Shown here: positions 37,147 through 48,098 of the stretch, piece by piece
Layout: each line of letters opens with the position of its first letter
Numbering within the stretch: position 1 is the first letter of the stretch
From: a virus
IMG/VR virus record: IMGVR_UViG_3300042569_003487
Coordinates: 32,001 to 96,000 of that record
Direction: 5' to 3' (one strand)
DNA: 64,000 bases
Notes under the pieces: generated by a model
Seen by the model: the letters and a program-made list of their open reading frames with translations, nothing else
Database searches by the model: none
What the model was told of the DNA's origin: nothing
Made by a program: the position numbers and the translations under genes

Positions 37147-40100
37147 TTATGCTCCTCTTAATTTTTTAACTTCTGCTTTAAGCTCTTCAATTTGTACTTG
37201 TTGAGCTTTAATAGATTCAATAAGTAGGGAGACTGTGTTTCCGTAAGAAACTGAAAGCTCACCATTTGCATTTTCAGATACGGCTTCAGGCAGGGCTTCT
37301 CGCATTTCCTGTGCAATAACTCCAGTATATCTTTTAGTAGGATCGGCTAAGTCTGTACGTGTAAATGTTACACCTCTAACTTTGCTAAGTCTTTCCAATG
37401 GATTATCAATTACCTCTATATTTGCTTTTACCCTAGCATCCGAATACGCAATAATATCGCCAATACACCAAATTGTATCTGAAATTGCAGTCCAAGTTCT
37501 ACCTACATTTTGTACTAACATACCATGGTTAGTTAAGTTGGCAGCTTCTCCGCCAGCATTTGGGTGGGACCATGCTATACCGTAATGATTGGCACAACTT
37601 GTACCGTCAGCCGCTAGCTTATAGGCATCGCCCATCGCAAATACACCTTGGAATCTCGTTGAAGTATAAACTCCAACTACAGTATTACCATAGTTATCAT
37701 CGATATAAAAGTTACCATTTGCTCGGGTTGCTCGAGCTGCAGTAATTGACCAAGAACCCGATGCAACTCCACGAATAATATCGGCTGCAACCGTTGTTGT
37801 TGCAGATCTATGATAGCTATCACCATTTTTAATTACAAATCGAGTTATTCCACTTTCATCATTATCAGTTGTGTTAATATATTGGAATCTTCCATAACCG
37901 CCGGCTGGATAAATTTCAGCCGTACCTGATGAAGAGTATACGCTATTTCCGCTATGCCATAGAATTGGGTACCATGAGCCTGAACCATTTCCTGAGTTAA
38001 CGGTTACAGTTGATGCAATTGTTGCAGAACTCGCTGAACTTGCAGAACTTGCTGAACCAGCTGAGTCTGCATATGCAACCTGAACTCCACTTGGGTGGTT
38101 TGATGTTAATTGCCAGTAAGATCCTGTCCAGTTAGCTCTAACATAATAGTCAGTAGGGTGAGATTCTGCCCATAATTTAAGAGCACCGTCTGCTCGGCTA
38201 ACCGTTTGCGATCCAATATTACCTGAGTGAATCATTTCGACCCAACTTCTAGGCGTATCCCAAGCACTTCTCCAAAACCATCTGTTATTTGCCTCTTGTG
38301 AACAAACCATTTGCCAACCATGGAATCTAGAACCATCCGAATTGTTATAATGGAATGCTTGCATTCCAACATAATGAGAAGAGGCACCAGGACCATTAGC
38401 GGGTGTTGACCAGGTATCAAAAAACCCAGACCCCCAATAAGAACCTATAGTATTAAGATCATATTGACCCCAACCCATTGCTCCTGTTTGATAAAGAGCT
38501 CCTTGTGCTGCTCTAGTACTCCATGGAGAATTGCTCTGTTTAGAGTTTAAACTATGTCTGTTTAGAGTAGCATCACCAAATCTATAAAGATTAGATGTAC
38601 CATTAGGATCTAAATAATAACCAGTATCATCTGAATCGTAGAATATTGGAGATCGCATTGAACCTGCTGCTTCCATATAAACGTCTGAATAAACTCGACC
38701 GTCTTCGATTAAAAGTCTACGGTTACCGCCTCTCATAATACTTACGTTATGGCCAGTATAACTACCAATATAAACCTGATCTGGCGTATGCACATAAATT
38801 CCAGCTTGAATACCTGGAGTCCTCGCCTCTACTACAAATCGGGTATGCGGTGCATTACTAAACCATACTTGGGTACCCCATCCCCCTGGATCTGACCAGT
38901 TACTTCCAGAATCTCCAACATAAAGATTTCGGATTCGGGATGATCCGGCTGGATCTAGGTAAAATGCACTATTGTCATTATCATAAAATGCTGCAGCATA
39001 CATGCCGGCACCAGTTATCCAGTTTCCACTATCATCACACCAACTACCCCAACTACCACTTTGATTTAAGAATCCAATTCGGTTAGAGTTACAATGAATT
39101 TCGCGAGTTCCTTCATCTGAATCGTGCATAAAGATTGATGAAGCACCTACTCCCTGCCCAACCGTAAGATTTCCATAAAGAGTAGTACTTCTGGCACTGT
39201 CTGTTAACAGCGACCAGTTTCCAGCATTATTCAAGAATCCAATATTATTAGAAGTATCAGCATAAACATATCCGCGAATAGTGCTTTGGTGATTACTTCT
39301 AAACACAAGTTCAACTACTCCGCCACTACCGGTAACTGTCCATCCAGATCCATTGCTTGAATAGAAATGAGTTCCGGTTGCCTGGTTGTATACACCTTCA
39401 TTTGTATTATAATTTCTAAACCATCCATAATTGTATACATTGGTAAAGGTAACTGCGTCTGATGTTCTAACATATTGATTCATATTGGAAGGATACGGAT
39501 CGGCTGATGTATTTAACGCTCTAAACCAGCCAGACCAGTCGTCAGCGCCTCTCCTAAAATATAAGTTGTCATAGGCGTATGGAATATAAATTTGAGCGCC
39601 TCTAGTTCTATTACCAATACCCCAAAGACTTGCATTATATGCAGCATCAGGGCCACCGTAACCGTTTATTGGGCCATATCCATCTAAGTTAACGGTGTAT
39701 TGTCCATCTAGGTCATTTAAGTTACCAACATTAACTTGATAACCAAGATTTCTTGTATATCGGCCATCTGCTGTTGCTTGTGACATACCTCCGCTTGGAA
39801 TAGTTACAGAGTTACCGCCGCTAATCGTAAGCGTAGATCCGTTGATACTTAAGGTTTGTCCATCGCTATTAGTATCTGTATCAATATCATTAAATGCTGC
39901 AGTTAAAGTTGAGCCATCACCTAAAGTTAAGGTTAAAGTTTTGGTTGAACTTCCACTAAATGCAACTCCAGTTGGGCGTTTATTATATGCAGTATTCCAG
40001 TTTGAAGCTGAGCTAATATATGAATCGCTAATTGCAGTACCATTCCAAACTGCGTTAGATAAAGTAGCGCCGCCCCAGCTCATATTTCCAATAATAGAAA

Positions 40101-41901
40101 ATGCACTACCATTCCACATGATTCTTCCTTGATAATCAGTTGCGCTATTTACAAAATCAATATAGGCGCCGGCCGTTCCGTATAATTGCAATTGAGCATA
40201 ACCATCTGCTAAATTGAATCCCATACCAGGATTAGTTAAGTTATATCTAGATGAAGAGGTGCTTCTGTCACCTACATAAAATGGAAATTTAGCATCAACT
40301 GAATCGCTATTAATTGCTATTTTACTATCTGAAATTGTTATTGAATTTGCACCATATTTACCAATTTTAACTGTGCTATTTGCTAGCACTTCAATAATAG
40401 GTAAACCTGCAATAGTATTAACACTATAAATGGTGTCTAACACTGAATCAGTTACGGTAAATAATCGACCATTAACCCCGTCTACTGCTAGGACATCGGC
40501 TCCATCGGTTGAACCCTTTACATATACAGTCGCGGAAGGCAATGAATATGCATAATTGGCAACCCCAACTGCTAATCTATTTTCAAGATTTAAGTAACTA
40601 GTTATAGCAGATGTACCTGAATGCCATCTACCTAATCGATATACGCTAGCTCCTCCAGCAGATGCGGTAAATGTGATACCTCTAACATTAGAACCTCCAC
40701 TTTGCATAGTATTAATTAATAAATCATGGTGGCCGCTTACTGCACTAGTATACCATTGAGTATTACCGGCTCCAATCCAAAAATCCTGATGTCCTTGAAA
40801 ATGGACATTTGTAATTGTACCGTTTTGACCGTTTAGGGAACCACTATCCCAACCTGAACTTGCTCCAAAATAAGAATATCTTCCATTTACATAAATTTCA
40901 CCAAATGTTGGGTTTGCTCCAGTTTGAACGCTTTGGTTTAACCAACTAGAAAGCCAAGTACTTCTAGTTCCTAAATATAAATCGCCGCTTGCTCCAAAAT
41001 TACCGTTTGTCCATAATCCAGAGTTTGCTTGGTATAAGTAATATGATGTTTGACCCGATGGATAAATTCCGCCTGTCATTATTAAATTTCCGCCGTTATC
41101 TACATCAAGAATATTTGTTCCGTCTGATCTTCTAAAAAAGAAGTTTCCCCCGCCTCTATTTTGAAAATATAGATGGCTTGAGTGCCACTGTATTTTATTT
41201 TGTTCACCTGTCCAAGCTCCATGCGTTCCAACATATGCAGCACCTGCATCTAATGTAAGGCTACCTGACATTGAGTCTCCTGATGCATTTACAAATCTTG
41301 AATCAGATTCAGATTCAGTATAATATCTGTCATCATGACTATGGCTAATTGCAGCAAATCTTGAATCAGATTCCGATTCAGTATAGTATCGGTCATCGTG
41401 ATTATGTGAAGGAAGAGCTGTTAAGTAGCTTTGAGAAGTTACCCAGCTGCGAAGAGCTAGCGGTTCATTATCTACTGCAAATAGACCATCTGCTCGAACT
41501 CCAAATCGTTGAACGTGTCGATTTCCCCAATGAAATGTAATTGCAGGGGCATAGTTCCAATCACTTTGGTTAGATCCAACATATCCTTGTTCACGGATTT
41601 GAATCGCACCTTCATATACTCCAGTTCCAATAGAAGGTATGTAGAGTTGGCCAGTCATTGTACCACCAGATAGGGACAGTTTTCCAGCTAGAGAGTTTGT
41701 TAGTGTACTAGCAAAACTTGCATCATCTCCTAATGCAGCAGCCAATTCATCAAGGGTATTTAAAGCACCAGGTGCACCTGCAATTAAGTTATTAATTTGC
41801 GTAGTAACATAAGAGGTTGTTGCAATTGAGTGGTCTGCCATGTTACCGGCATGAATTGCAATATGTCCATTGATTGTGGTTCCGTGTATTAATTGTGCCA
41901 T
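37147..41901 (-). CDS. Long tail fibre with C-terminal peptidase S74 chaperone
   Basis: APGALNTLDELAAALGDD N-terminal motif; G/S/N/W-rich shaft; YSDARVK...GVIAQE...VSYG...coiled coil. Confidence 0.9.
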   Translation of the reverse strand: MAQLIHGTTINGHIAIHAGNMADHSIATTSYVTTQINNLIAGAPGALNTLDELAAALGDDASFASTLTNSLAGKLSLSGGTMTGQLYIPSIGTGVYEGAIQIREQGYVGSNQSDWNYAPAITFHWGNRHVQRFGVRADGLFAVDNEPLALRSWVTSQSYLTALPSHNHDDRYYTESESDSRFAAISHSHDDRYYTESESDSRFVNASGDSMSGSLTLDAGAAYVGTHGAWTGEQNKIQWHSSHLYFQNRGGGNFFFRRSDGTNILDVDNGGNLIMTGGIYPSGQTSYYLYQANSGLWTNGNFGASGDLYLGTRSTWLSSWLNQSVQTGANPTFGEIYVNGRYSYFGASSGWDSGSLNGQNGTITNVHFQGHQDFWIGAGNTQWYTSAVSGHHDLLINTMQSGGSNVRGITFTASAGGASVYRLGRWHSGTSAITSYLNLENRLAVGVANYAYSLPSATVYVKGSTDGADVLAVDGVNGRLFTVTDSVLDTIYSVNTIAGLPIIEVLANSTVKIGKYGANSITISDSKIAINSDSVDAKFPFYVGDRSTSSSRYNLTNPGMGFNLADGYAQLQLYGTAGAYIDFVNSATDYQGRIMWNGSAFSIIGNMSWGGATLSNAVWNGTAISDSYISSASNWNTAYNKRPTGVAFSGSSTKTLTLTLGDGSTLTAAFNDIDTDTNSDGQTLSINGSTLTISGGNSVTIPSGGMSQATADGRYTRNLGYQVNVGNLNDLDGQYTVNLDGYGPINGYGGPDAAYNASLWGIGNRTRGAQIYIPYAYDNLYFRRGADDWSGWFRALNTSADPYPSNMNQYVRTSDAVTFTNVYNYGWFRNYNTNEGVYNQATGTHFYSSNGSGWTVTGSGGVVELVFRSNHQSTIRGYVYADTSNNIGFLNNAGNWSLLTDSARSTTLYGNLTVGQGVGASSIFMHDSDEGTREIHCNSNRIGFLNQSGSWGSWCDDSGNWITGAGMYAAAFYDNDNSAFYLDPAGSSRIRNLYVGDSGSNWSDPGGWGTQVWFSNAPHTRFVVEARTPGIQAGIYVHTPDQVYIGSYTGHNVSIMRGGNRRLLIEDGRVYSDVYMEAAGSMRSPIFYDSDDTGYYLDPNGTSNLYRFGDATLNRHSLNSKQSNSPWSTRAAQGALYQTGAMGWGQYDLNTIGSYWGSGFFDTWSTPANGPGASSHYVGMQAFHYNNSDGSRFHGWQMVCSQEANNRWFWRSAWDTPRSWVEMIHSGNIGSQTVSRADGALKLWAESHPTDYYVRANWTGSYWQLTSNHPSGVQVAYADSAGSASSASSASSATIASTVTVNSGNGSGSWYPILWHSGNSVYSSSGTAEIYPAGGYGRFQYINTTDNDESGITRFVIKNGDSYHRSATTTVAADIIRGVASGSWSITAARATRANGNFYIDDNYGNTVVGVYTSTRFQGVFAMGDAYKLAADGTSCANHYGIAWSHPNAGGEAANLTNHGMLVQNVGRTWTAISDTIWCIGDIIAYSDARVKANIEVIDNPLERLSKVRGVTFTRTDLADPTKRYTGVIAQEMREALPEAVSENANGELSVSYGNTVSLLIESIKAQQVQIEELKAEVKKLRGA
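41292..41405 (-). repeat. Tandem H.HDDRYYTESESDSRF repeat (2 copies)
   Basis: Direct repeat visible in both the protein and the DNA. Confidence 0.85.
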
Positions 41902-41906
41902 ATTAG

Positions 41907-44900
41907 TTATCTATTTTCAAGATCGTCAATTCTCTTGGTTAAATTTTTTATAAGTTCTTGTTGTTCTTGAATAGTTTTAATCAAGATTGGTGCAATACGC
42001 GTATAGTTAATACCATCGACTTGACCAGCATCATCATATTTAATTAATTCAGGGTAGATTTCAGCAACCTCTTCTGCAATTAAACCAATTTCAGTTGAGC
42101 CAGTTCCACCAATTTTGGTATAGTAAACAGGTCTTAGTTGTAATACTTTGTCTAGTGCTGGAGTTAAGGACTCAACATTAGTTTTATATCTAATAGATGA
42201 TAATTCTACCAATCTATTTGAAAGAGTTAAGGTACCTCCAGTATCAAATGTCATTCTAACATTATTGTCTGGAACGTATACAAACTGTAAATTTCCAGTC
42301 TGGTTTGAATTATCATTTGGCGAATCACAAATAAACCAACTTTCCCATTGAATTCCTTCTCCAAATCCAGAATCTGACATTGTAATATGTCCAACTCCAT
42401 CTAAGTTATTATTGGAAAAATTAACTGTTCCAGTAATAGTTCCACCGCTTAGTGGTAGATAATAACCATCAATTACTTGACTTCTAAAGTGGGCTGGTGT
42501 AGATTTTCTTAGGTAGTTATCACTTGTATTTTGTGTCCAAATCTGACCAATCGTTGGGTTTTCTGAGTTACCATTAGATGCATTAAAATAGGTTCCTAAG
42601 ACATAGTTTGAATAGATATTTCCACTACTGTCTCTTCGTACAATTGTATTTACATTGGCAACAGTATCTGCATTATATCCATCCAATAAGTCAGCATCTA
42701 ATCCAGAACCTGCTCCATCATTTCCAGCGTGCCATATAGTATTGCCATTATATGTAAATCCAGTAAGATTTTCAAAATAAAGTGCTCTTGAGTTGTTAAT
42801 GTATATTCGACGAGCAATATCAGCATCAGCTGAACTCCTAGTATAAACTGCATAATCTGTATAGTATGCATTAGCTGTACTATATCCATCAAAACCGATT
42901 CGACCAACAATAGTTCCATCGGGCTTAGTTTGTTCAATCCATGAATTATCATCATTTGTTAATAATCTAAGGTTATTATAACTACCTGTGTTTCTGATCA
43001 CTAGATCACCTGTCATAGTGTCTCCACTTGTATTAACCCATACATCAGATACTCCAGTAATATAACCTTGAGAAGTTACCCATGATTGAGTTGCAAGTAA
43101 GTTACCTCCACCATACGGCACATTTCTAAAATATGCAACATTGGCAGATGTTATTTCAAGTGCAACTGAAGTAGGTTCATAAATATCACCGTACCCTAAT
43201 TTAAAGCTATCTGTGTTATTATTATTGGTCATTCCCATTGACCACATAGGCATTCCAGTATAATCCCATGCAACACCTTGTGAAACATTCATTCCAGTGG
43301 TAAACATTAAGGTTGCCTGATTTCCACTAGCCTCTCGATTAATGAATACTCTTGAAGTTCCAGTAGATGCGCTAACATATAATTCTGGGTTGGTTCCGAC
43401 CAATTGGATTTGTGCTGGATTGCTTGATGGATAAACATACAAGTTGCCACTCATTGAGTCTCCTGTTACATTAACATAGAGAGAATCGGCTGTTCCTTGT
43501 GAAATACCTCCAGTTGGAAGCGTAATTGAGTTACCTCCACTAATTGAAAGAGTACTTCCATTTAAAGTTAGGGTTTGAGCATCAGTATTTGTATCAGTAT
43601 CGATATCTGTCCAGCTTGCAGTCACAGTACCTCCATCTCTTTGAGTAAGAGTTAAGGTTTTAGTTGAGGTTCCGCTTACTGAGGCAGAAGTTATAGTATC
43701 ATTATATGCAGAGTACCAATTTGCAGATGTACCATGACTTGGAGTTGAAATACCACTTGCATTAATTGTAATTGGTGCAGAGAAAGGTCCTAATTTAACT
43801 GTATTATTTGCAAAGGCTTCTATTACTGGAAGACCTGCAATTGTATTTACAGAAAATAGGGAATTTGAAAGATCATCGGTAACCGTAAATAGTCGACCGT
43901 TAACTCCATTTACTGCAAATAATTCTTGTCCACTTGTTACTCCGCTAATTACTAAAGGTCCAGTCATTGAATCTCCAGTAATATTTACGTATAGAGGATC
44001 AGCTGCAGCTTGAGTTAACCAGCCACCATAATTTCCAAGCGAGCTTCTTACATGAGCAAGGGTAGATTTTCTTAACCAACCATCTCCATTTGATGTAAAG
44101 AAAGAATTAATACTTGGATTTTCGGTTTCACTAACATTAGTATTAATATAATTAGCATAAATATAACCGTTACCATCTCTAATAACTACAGTGTTTGCTC
44201 CAACTGAACCCGATGCATGATAACCATCTAATAAGTCTGCATCTAAGCCAGAACCTGATCCGTCATTTCCTGGATGCCATGGAGTATAACCTAGAGCAGT
44301 AGTAACATTTGCTGAAGTAATTCCAGTAATATAACCGGAACCATTTGTAAGCTGGTTATTATTTGTAATAGTATTTGTAATTGTAACCTGTTGGTTTGAA
44401 GTACTAACCGAAATACCTGCTCCGGCTACTGCGCTTAATAAACCAGTATTATTAATAGTAACCTGTTGATTTGATGTACTAACAGTAATACCTGTACCAG
44501 CGGCTGCACTTAATAAACCAGTATTATTAATAGTAAGGTTTTGGTTTGAAGTACTTACTGTGATACCTGTGCCTGCCGTTGCACTAAGTAGAGCAGTTGT
44601 ATTAATAGTAAGGTTTTGGTTTGATGTGCTTACTGTGATACCGGTTCCAGCCGTTGCCGATAGTAAGGCAGTTGTATTGATCGTAAGATTTTGATTGGAT
44701 GTACTTACGGTAATACCTGTTCCAGCGGTCGCAGACAATAATCCAGTATTTGTAACAGTAACTGCGCCGGTAGTCGAGTTTACTGAGATTCCGGTTCCGG
44801 CCGATACCGAAGAAACGCCAGCCGTAATTGTCCAAGATCGGTTTGCCGATAAGTCATAGGTTGTACCATTAATTGTAAGGGTACGGGAAGTAGGAACATA

Positions 44901-47900
44901 TCCAGATAAAGCAGCTGAAGTAATATAACCTGGACCATTTGTTAATTGATTTAAGTTAGTTAGGTTACCACTATGCCAAATTAGGTGTCTAACTGCTCCG
45001 AGTGACCATCCGCCCCATACTAAGTCATTTTCTACACCGCCTAATCCAAAATAACCGGCGTAATCCCCTTCAATGTGAAATGTAATATATGCATCTCTGC
45101 CTGCAGAGTCTTGTAATATCGTTAATCCTCTATCGCCAGCCGCAACCACGTCAACCGTTGTGCCTGAGGTTTGATAAAATCTTGTAGTTCTAGCCGTAGT
45201 ATCACCACGAGAAATTACACTATCAAGAGTATCGGTCTCAGTATAACCAGTAATATAACCTGGACCGTTTGTTAATTGGTTAAGGTTAGTTATTGTATTT
45301 GTAACCGTAACGTCTCCTGTAGTCGAGTTTACTGAGATTCCAGCGCCGGCCGATACTGAAGAAACTCCAGCTGTAATTGTCCAGCTTCTATTTGCTGATA
45401 AGTCGTAGGTTGTACCATTAATAGTAAGAGTACGAGAGGTTGGAACATATCCGGAAAGTGAGGCAGACGTAATATAACCTGGGCCATTTGTTAATTGATT
45501 TAAGTTAGTTAGGTTACCGGCATGCCATATAACATTATTGCCATATGTTAAATCACCTGGACCAGTTCTACCTAGCGCAGTATTGTCAGCTTCACCAAAT
45601 ACAATGTATGCTTCATTTGGGTCTTGTGCACCCTGAATTCTAAATGTATTAGCTAAGTTAATGTCTCCTATCCAAGCATCATCACCTATTCGAAAGTTTG
45701 TACCATTACCATTATTTGTTGTTATAACTGAATCGACAGTTATTTGAGCGGTTGAGGTTGCGCCTCTTCCAACTACACTTGCAAGGGTATCAGATTCCGC
45801 TGTTAAATATACGTTTGAATCTAGTGTCCACGTATTTGTTCCTGTTCTTTTTAAGAAACCAGTTGCGGTCAATCCAGCAATTGCAGTTAGGTCTCCGTCT
45901 AATGGTTGATATGTAGTAGAGGCAGTTCCAGTAGTTAAATAGGTATTTGAATCAACTGAACCATCTGCTTTTAAAAATTGACTTGATGTTCCTCCAACCT
46001 TAATAAAGGATCTGCCTGTAATATCGTTTGCAGCAAGATCTGCAAGTGCAAATGAAGCATGTGAAGTATCAATAAATGGAGAAGCATCTGGTTCTGGCGT
46101 ATATCCCTTAAAGAATTTCCAAGTATTATCAGTTGCATCTCTAAATAATCCGGCATGGGCATAAGAACCATCATTGTAACCAGCAGCAAATCCTAAATCT
46201 GGATTAGCATTTGATTTAGCTCTTGCAGTACCACCTGAACTATAGGATCCAGTTGCACTATTTGCAATTGTAAATGAGTTTGTTGAAACTCCAGTAATTA
46301 TTTGATTTGATAAGTTGTATGCAGTTGGACTTACACCAGTAATAGTAACTGACATTCCAATAACATAGTTATGGGTCTCTTGCGTTGTATAAACTACGCT
46401 TGAACCATTTCCTACTGCATTTGTAATTGTAGTAGCAATTCCATTGTTCAGATAAATCATGTTATCTGATACTGCTAGGTTTTGCGCATAAACTGTAGTC
46501 GTAGTACCTCCAATTATTAAGTTTCCTACTACATTAAGATCTCCACCAACATATAGATTCTTTGCAATACCTACACCGCCTGCTGTAACGATTGTTCCAG
46601 TTGAGGTTGATGTTGCTTGCGTTGTACCCGAAAAAGTTTTAATTCCTGCAATAGATTCATTACCTGTGGTATGGACAACATTTGCATCATTGGCTGGTGT
46701 AAATCCTAACCAGCCTGCAATTGTTTTATTAACCCATAAGGTTCCATCGTATCCTAAAATATGTCCATTAACTGGAACAGTTGTAATTAGGTCAACATCA
46801 TGAATTTCCTTTAGTTCAAATCCATTTTGAACTTTAACAAAGATCTCACCAGTATTTGCATTTTTTCTGGTAACAATACCGATAAAAACAAGATGTCTAG
46901 GCGCATATGGCTTATTAGGTAAACCATAAATTAAGTTTCCATTATCGCCTAACCAAACTGGATCACCTTCAGTTCCAGCTAGAGACGTATCTAATCCGGC
47001 TAAAAGACCCTCTGTTACAACATTGGCCATTCCATTGATTGCAACGGTTGCATCTAAGAGACCCATTGTTTTTGATGAAGTTGCTTCACTTCCATTTGAT
47101 GCAAGATCTACAATCATATTGGTTCCATCTGCACTTGTTACATAAACAGCTTGACCTTTATTAATTGCAACGGCTGCTTTTACACCATGTTGAACTCTTG
47201 ATACATAGCTAACCGTATCAATTGTCCAAGCCCTGTTTGCGCTTAGGTCATATGAAGTTCCATTAATAGAAAGGGTTCTAGAAGTTGGTACATAGTTTGG
47301 AGTCCAATTAACCCATTGAGATCCATTAAATTGTAATAATTGTCCAGTTGCGGCTAATGAAATTGTAACATCAGTTAGGCTATCTAAATTAGTAGGAATT
47401 GAAATATTTGTTGCAGATACTGCAGTAACCAAACCTTTGCCGTTAACTGTAATCACAGGAACTGCTGTTGCTGAACCAAATGTTCCAACGTTTGAGTTAA
47501 CTGTTGCTAAGGCTAGGCCAATATTTCCGTTTGAAGTTAAAGGAGAGTTTGCAATTACAAAATCAGAACCAGTAATTCCAACTGAAGTTAAGGGTGGAGT
47601 TACTGTATTGTAACCAATCGTCCACCAATAAGTTGTACCATCATAATAAACACCTAGAACATCTGTTGCATTTGCAGCAGAGCTTGCTGTATATGAACCT
47701 CCACCAACGATTGAACTTCCTCCAGGTAGAGTTAAGGTACGACCGCCGGCTGCATCTTGTTTAACTAAGATTAAACCAGTATCGCCGGCTTCCATATTGG
47801 CAATAACTAGAGTTCTTGCTCCAGCAATGGTTACCTTTGCATTAGCACCAGAATTAAAGTCCCAAGTAATAGCGGCGCCATCAGTTAGGGTCTGTTGAGC

Positions 47901-48077
47901 CATCGTAACTTTACCATTAACCTTAAGATTTCCACCAATTGTGAATTTTTTGGCAGACTGTAGGGTTAGGGTAAGATTACCGGCATTATCATGTTGTAGG
48001 ACTGGCTTATTAGCAACGTTATCGCCAATAAATTCTAGTAAGCCTGTTGCTGGGGTTATCTTGACCGTTTGCGCCAC
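41907..48077 (-). CDS. Very long modular tail fibre with C-terminal peptidase S74 chaperone (2056 aa)
   Basis: GTG start; repeated GSGLDADLLDG, WH.GN and NQLTNGPGYIT modules; SSIRYK...GLIAEEV...GINY...coiled coil. Confidence 0.9.
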   Translation of the reverse strand: MAQTVKITPATGLLEFIGDNVANKPVLQHDNAGNLTLTLQSAKKFTIGGNLKVNGKVTMAQQTLTDGAAITWDFNSGANAKVTIAGARTLVIANMEAGDTGLILVKQDAAGGRTLTLPGGSSIVGGGSYTASSAANATDVLGVYYDGTTYWWTIGYNTVTPPLTSVGITGSDFVIANSPLTSNGNIGLALATVNSNVGTFGSATAVPVITVNGKGLVTAVSATNISIPTNLDSLTDVTISLAATGQLLQFNGSQWVNWTPNYVPTSRTLSINGTSYDLSANRAWTIDTVSYVSRVQHGVKAAVAINKGQAVYVTSADGTNMIVDLASNGSEATSSKTMGLLDATVAINGMANVVTEGLLAGLDTSLAGTEGDPVWLGDNGNLIYGLPNKPYAPRHLVFIGIVTRKNANTGEIFVKVQNGFELKEIHDVDLITTVPVNGHILGYDGTLWVNKTIAGWLGFTPANDANVVHTTGNESIAGIKTFSGTTQATSTSTGTIVTAGGVGIAKNLYVGGDLNVVGNLIIGGTTTTVYAQNLAVSDNMIYLNNGIATTITNAVGNGSSVVYTTQETHNYVIGMSVTITGVSPTAYNLSNQIITGVSTNSFTIANSATGSYSSGGTARAKSNANPDLGFAAGYNDGSYAHAGLFRDATDNTWKFFKGYTPEPDASPFIDTSHASFALADLAANDITGRSFIKVGGTSSQFLKADGSVDSNTYLTTGTASTTYQPLDGDLTAIAGLTATGFLKRTGTNTWTLDSNVYLTAESDTLASVVGRGATSTAQITVDSVITTNNGNGTNFRIGDDAWIGDINLANTFRIQGAQDPNEAYIVFGEADNTALGRTGPGDLTYGNNVIWHAGNLTNLNQLTNGPGYITSASLSGYVPTSRTLTINGTTYDLSANRSWTITAGVSSVSAGAGISVNSTTGDVTVTNTITNLNQLTNGPGYITGYTETDTLDSVISRGDTTARTTRFYQTSGTTVDVVAAGDRGLTILQDSAGRDAYITFHIEGDYAGYFGLGGVENDLVWGGWSLGAVRHLIWHSGNLTNLNQLTNGPGYITSAALSGYVPTSRTLTINGTTYDLSANRSWTITAGVSSVSAGTGISVNSTTGAVTVTNTGLLSATAGTGITVSTSNQNLTINTTALLSATAGTGITVSTSNQNLTINTTALLSATAGTGITVSTSNQNLTINNTGLLSAAAGTGITVSTSNQQVTINNTGLLSAVAGAGISVSTSNQQVTITNTITNNNQLTNGSGYITGITSANVTTALGYTPWHPGNDGSGSGLDADLLDGYHASGSVGANTVVIRDGNGYIYANYINTNVSETENPSINSFFTSNGDGWLRKSTLAHVRSSLGNYGGWLTQAAADPLYVNITGDSMTGPLVISGVTSGQELFAVNGVNGRLFTVTDDLSNSLFSVNTIAGLPVIEAFANNTVKLGPFSAPITINASGISTPSHGTSANWYSAYNDTITSASVSGTSTKTLTLTQRDGGTVTASWTDIDTDTNTDAQTLTLNGSTLSISGGNSITLPTGGISQGTADSLYVNVTGDSMSGNLYVYPSSNPAQIQLVGTNPELYVSASTGTSRVFINREASGNQATLMFTTGMNVSQGVAWDYTGMPMWSMGMTNNNNTDSFKLGYGDIYEPTSVALEITSANVAYFRNVPYGGGNLLATQSWVTSQGYITGVSDVWVNTSGDTMTGDLVIRNTGSYNNLRLLTNDDNSWIEQTKPDGTIVGRIGFDGYSTANAYYTDYAVYTRSSADADIARRIYINNSRALYFENLTGFTYNGNTIWHAGNDGAGSGLDADLLDGYNADTVANVNTIVRRDSSGNIYSNYVLGTYFNASNGNSENPTIGQIWTQNTSDNYLRKSTPAHFRSQVIDGYYLPLSGGTITGTVNFSNNNLDGVGHITMSDSGFGEGIQWESWFICDSPNDNSNQTGNLQFVYVPDNNVRMTFDTGGTLTLSNRLVELSSIRYKTNVESLTPALDKVLQLRPVYYTKIGGTGSTEIGLIAEEVAEIYPELIKYDDAGQVDGINYTRIAPILIKTIQEQQELIKNLTKRIDDLENR
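44377..44826 (-). repeat. 75-bp (25-aa) tandem repeat, 5 copies plus 1 degenerate
   Basis: LLSATAGTGITVSTSNQNLTINTTA units in the fibre; boundaries approximate. Confidence 0.9.
44746..45528 (-). repeat. Dispersed duplication of a ~78-aa fibre module (about 44746-44979 and 45295-45528)
   Basis: WH.GNLTNLNQLTNGPGYITSA.LSGYVPTSRTLTINGTTYDLSANRSWTITAGVSSVSAG occurs twice with mostly synonymous differences. Confidence 0.85.
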
Positions 48078-48098
48078 GTATGTAATAGACTATTTGAA

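Noticed and set aside
44377-45528. Fibre repeats as a diversity-generating retroelement TR/VR pair or a CRISPR array
   Set aside because: The repeats are in-frame coding, differ mainly at synonymous positions rather than specifically at adenines, have no unique spacers, and no reverse transcriptase or cas gene is in the window
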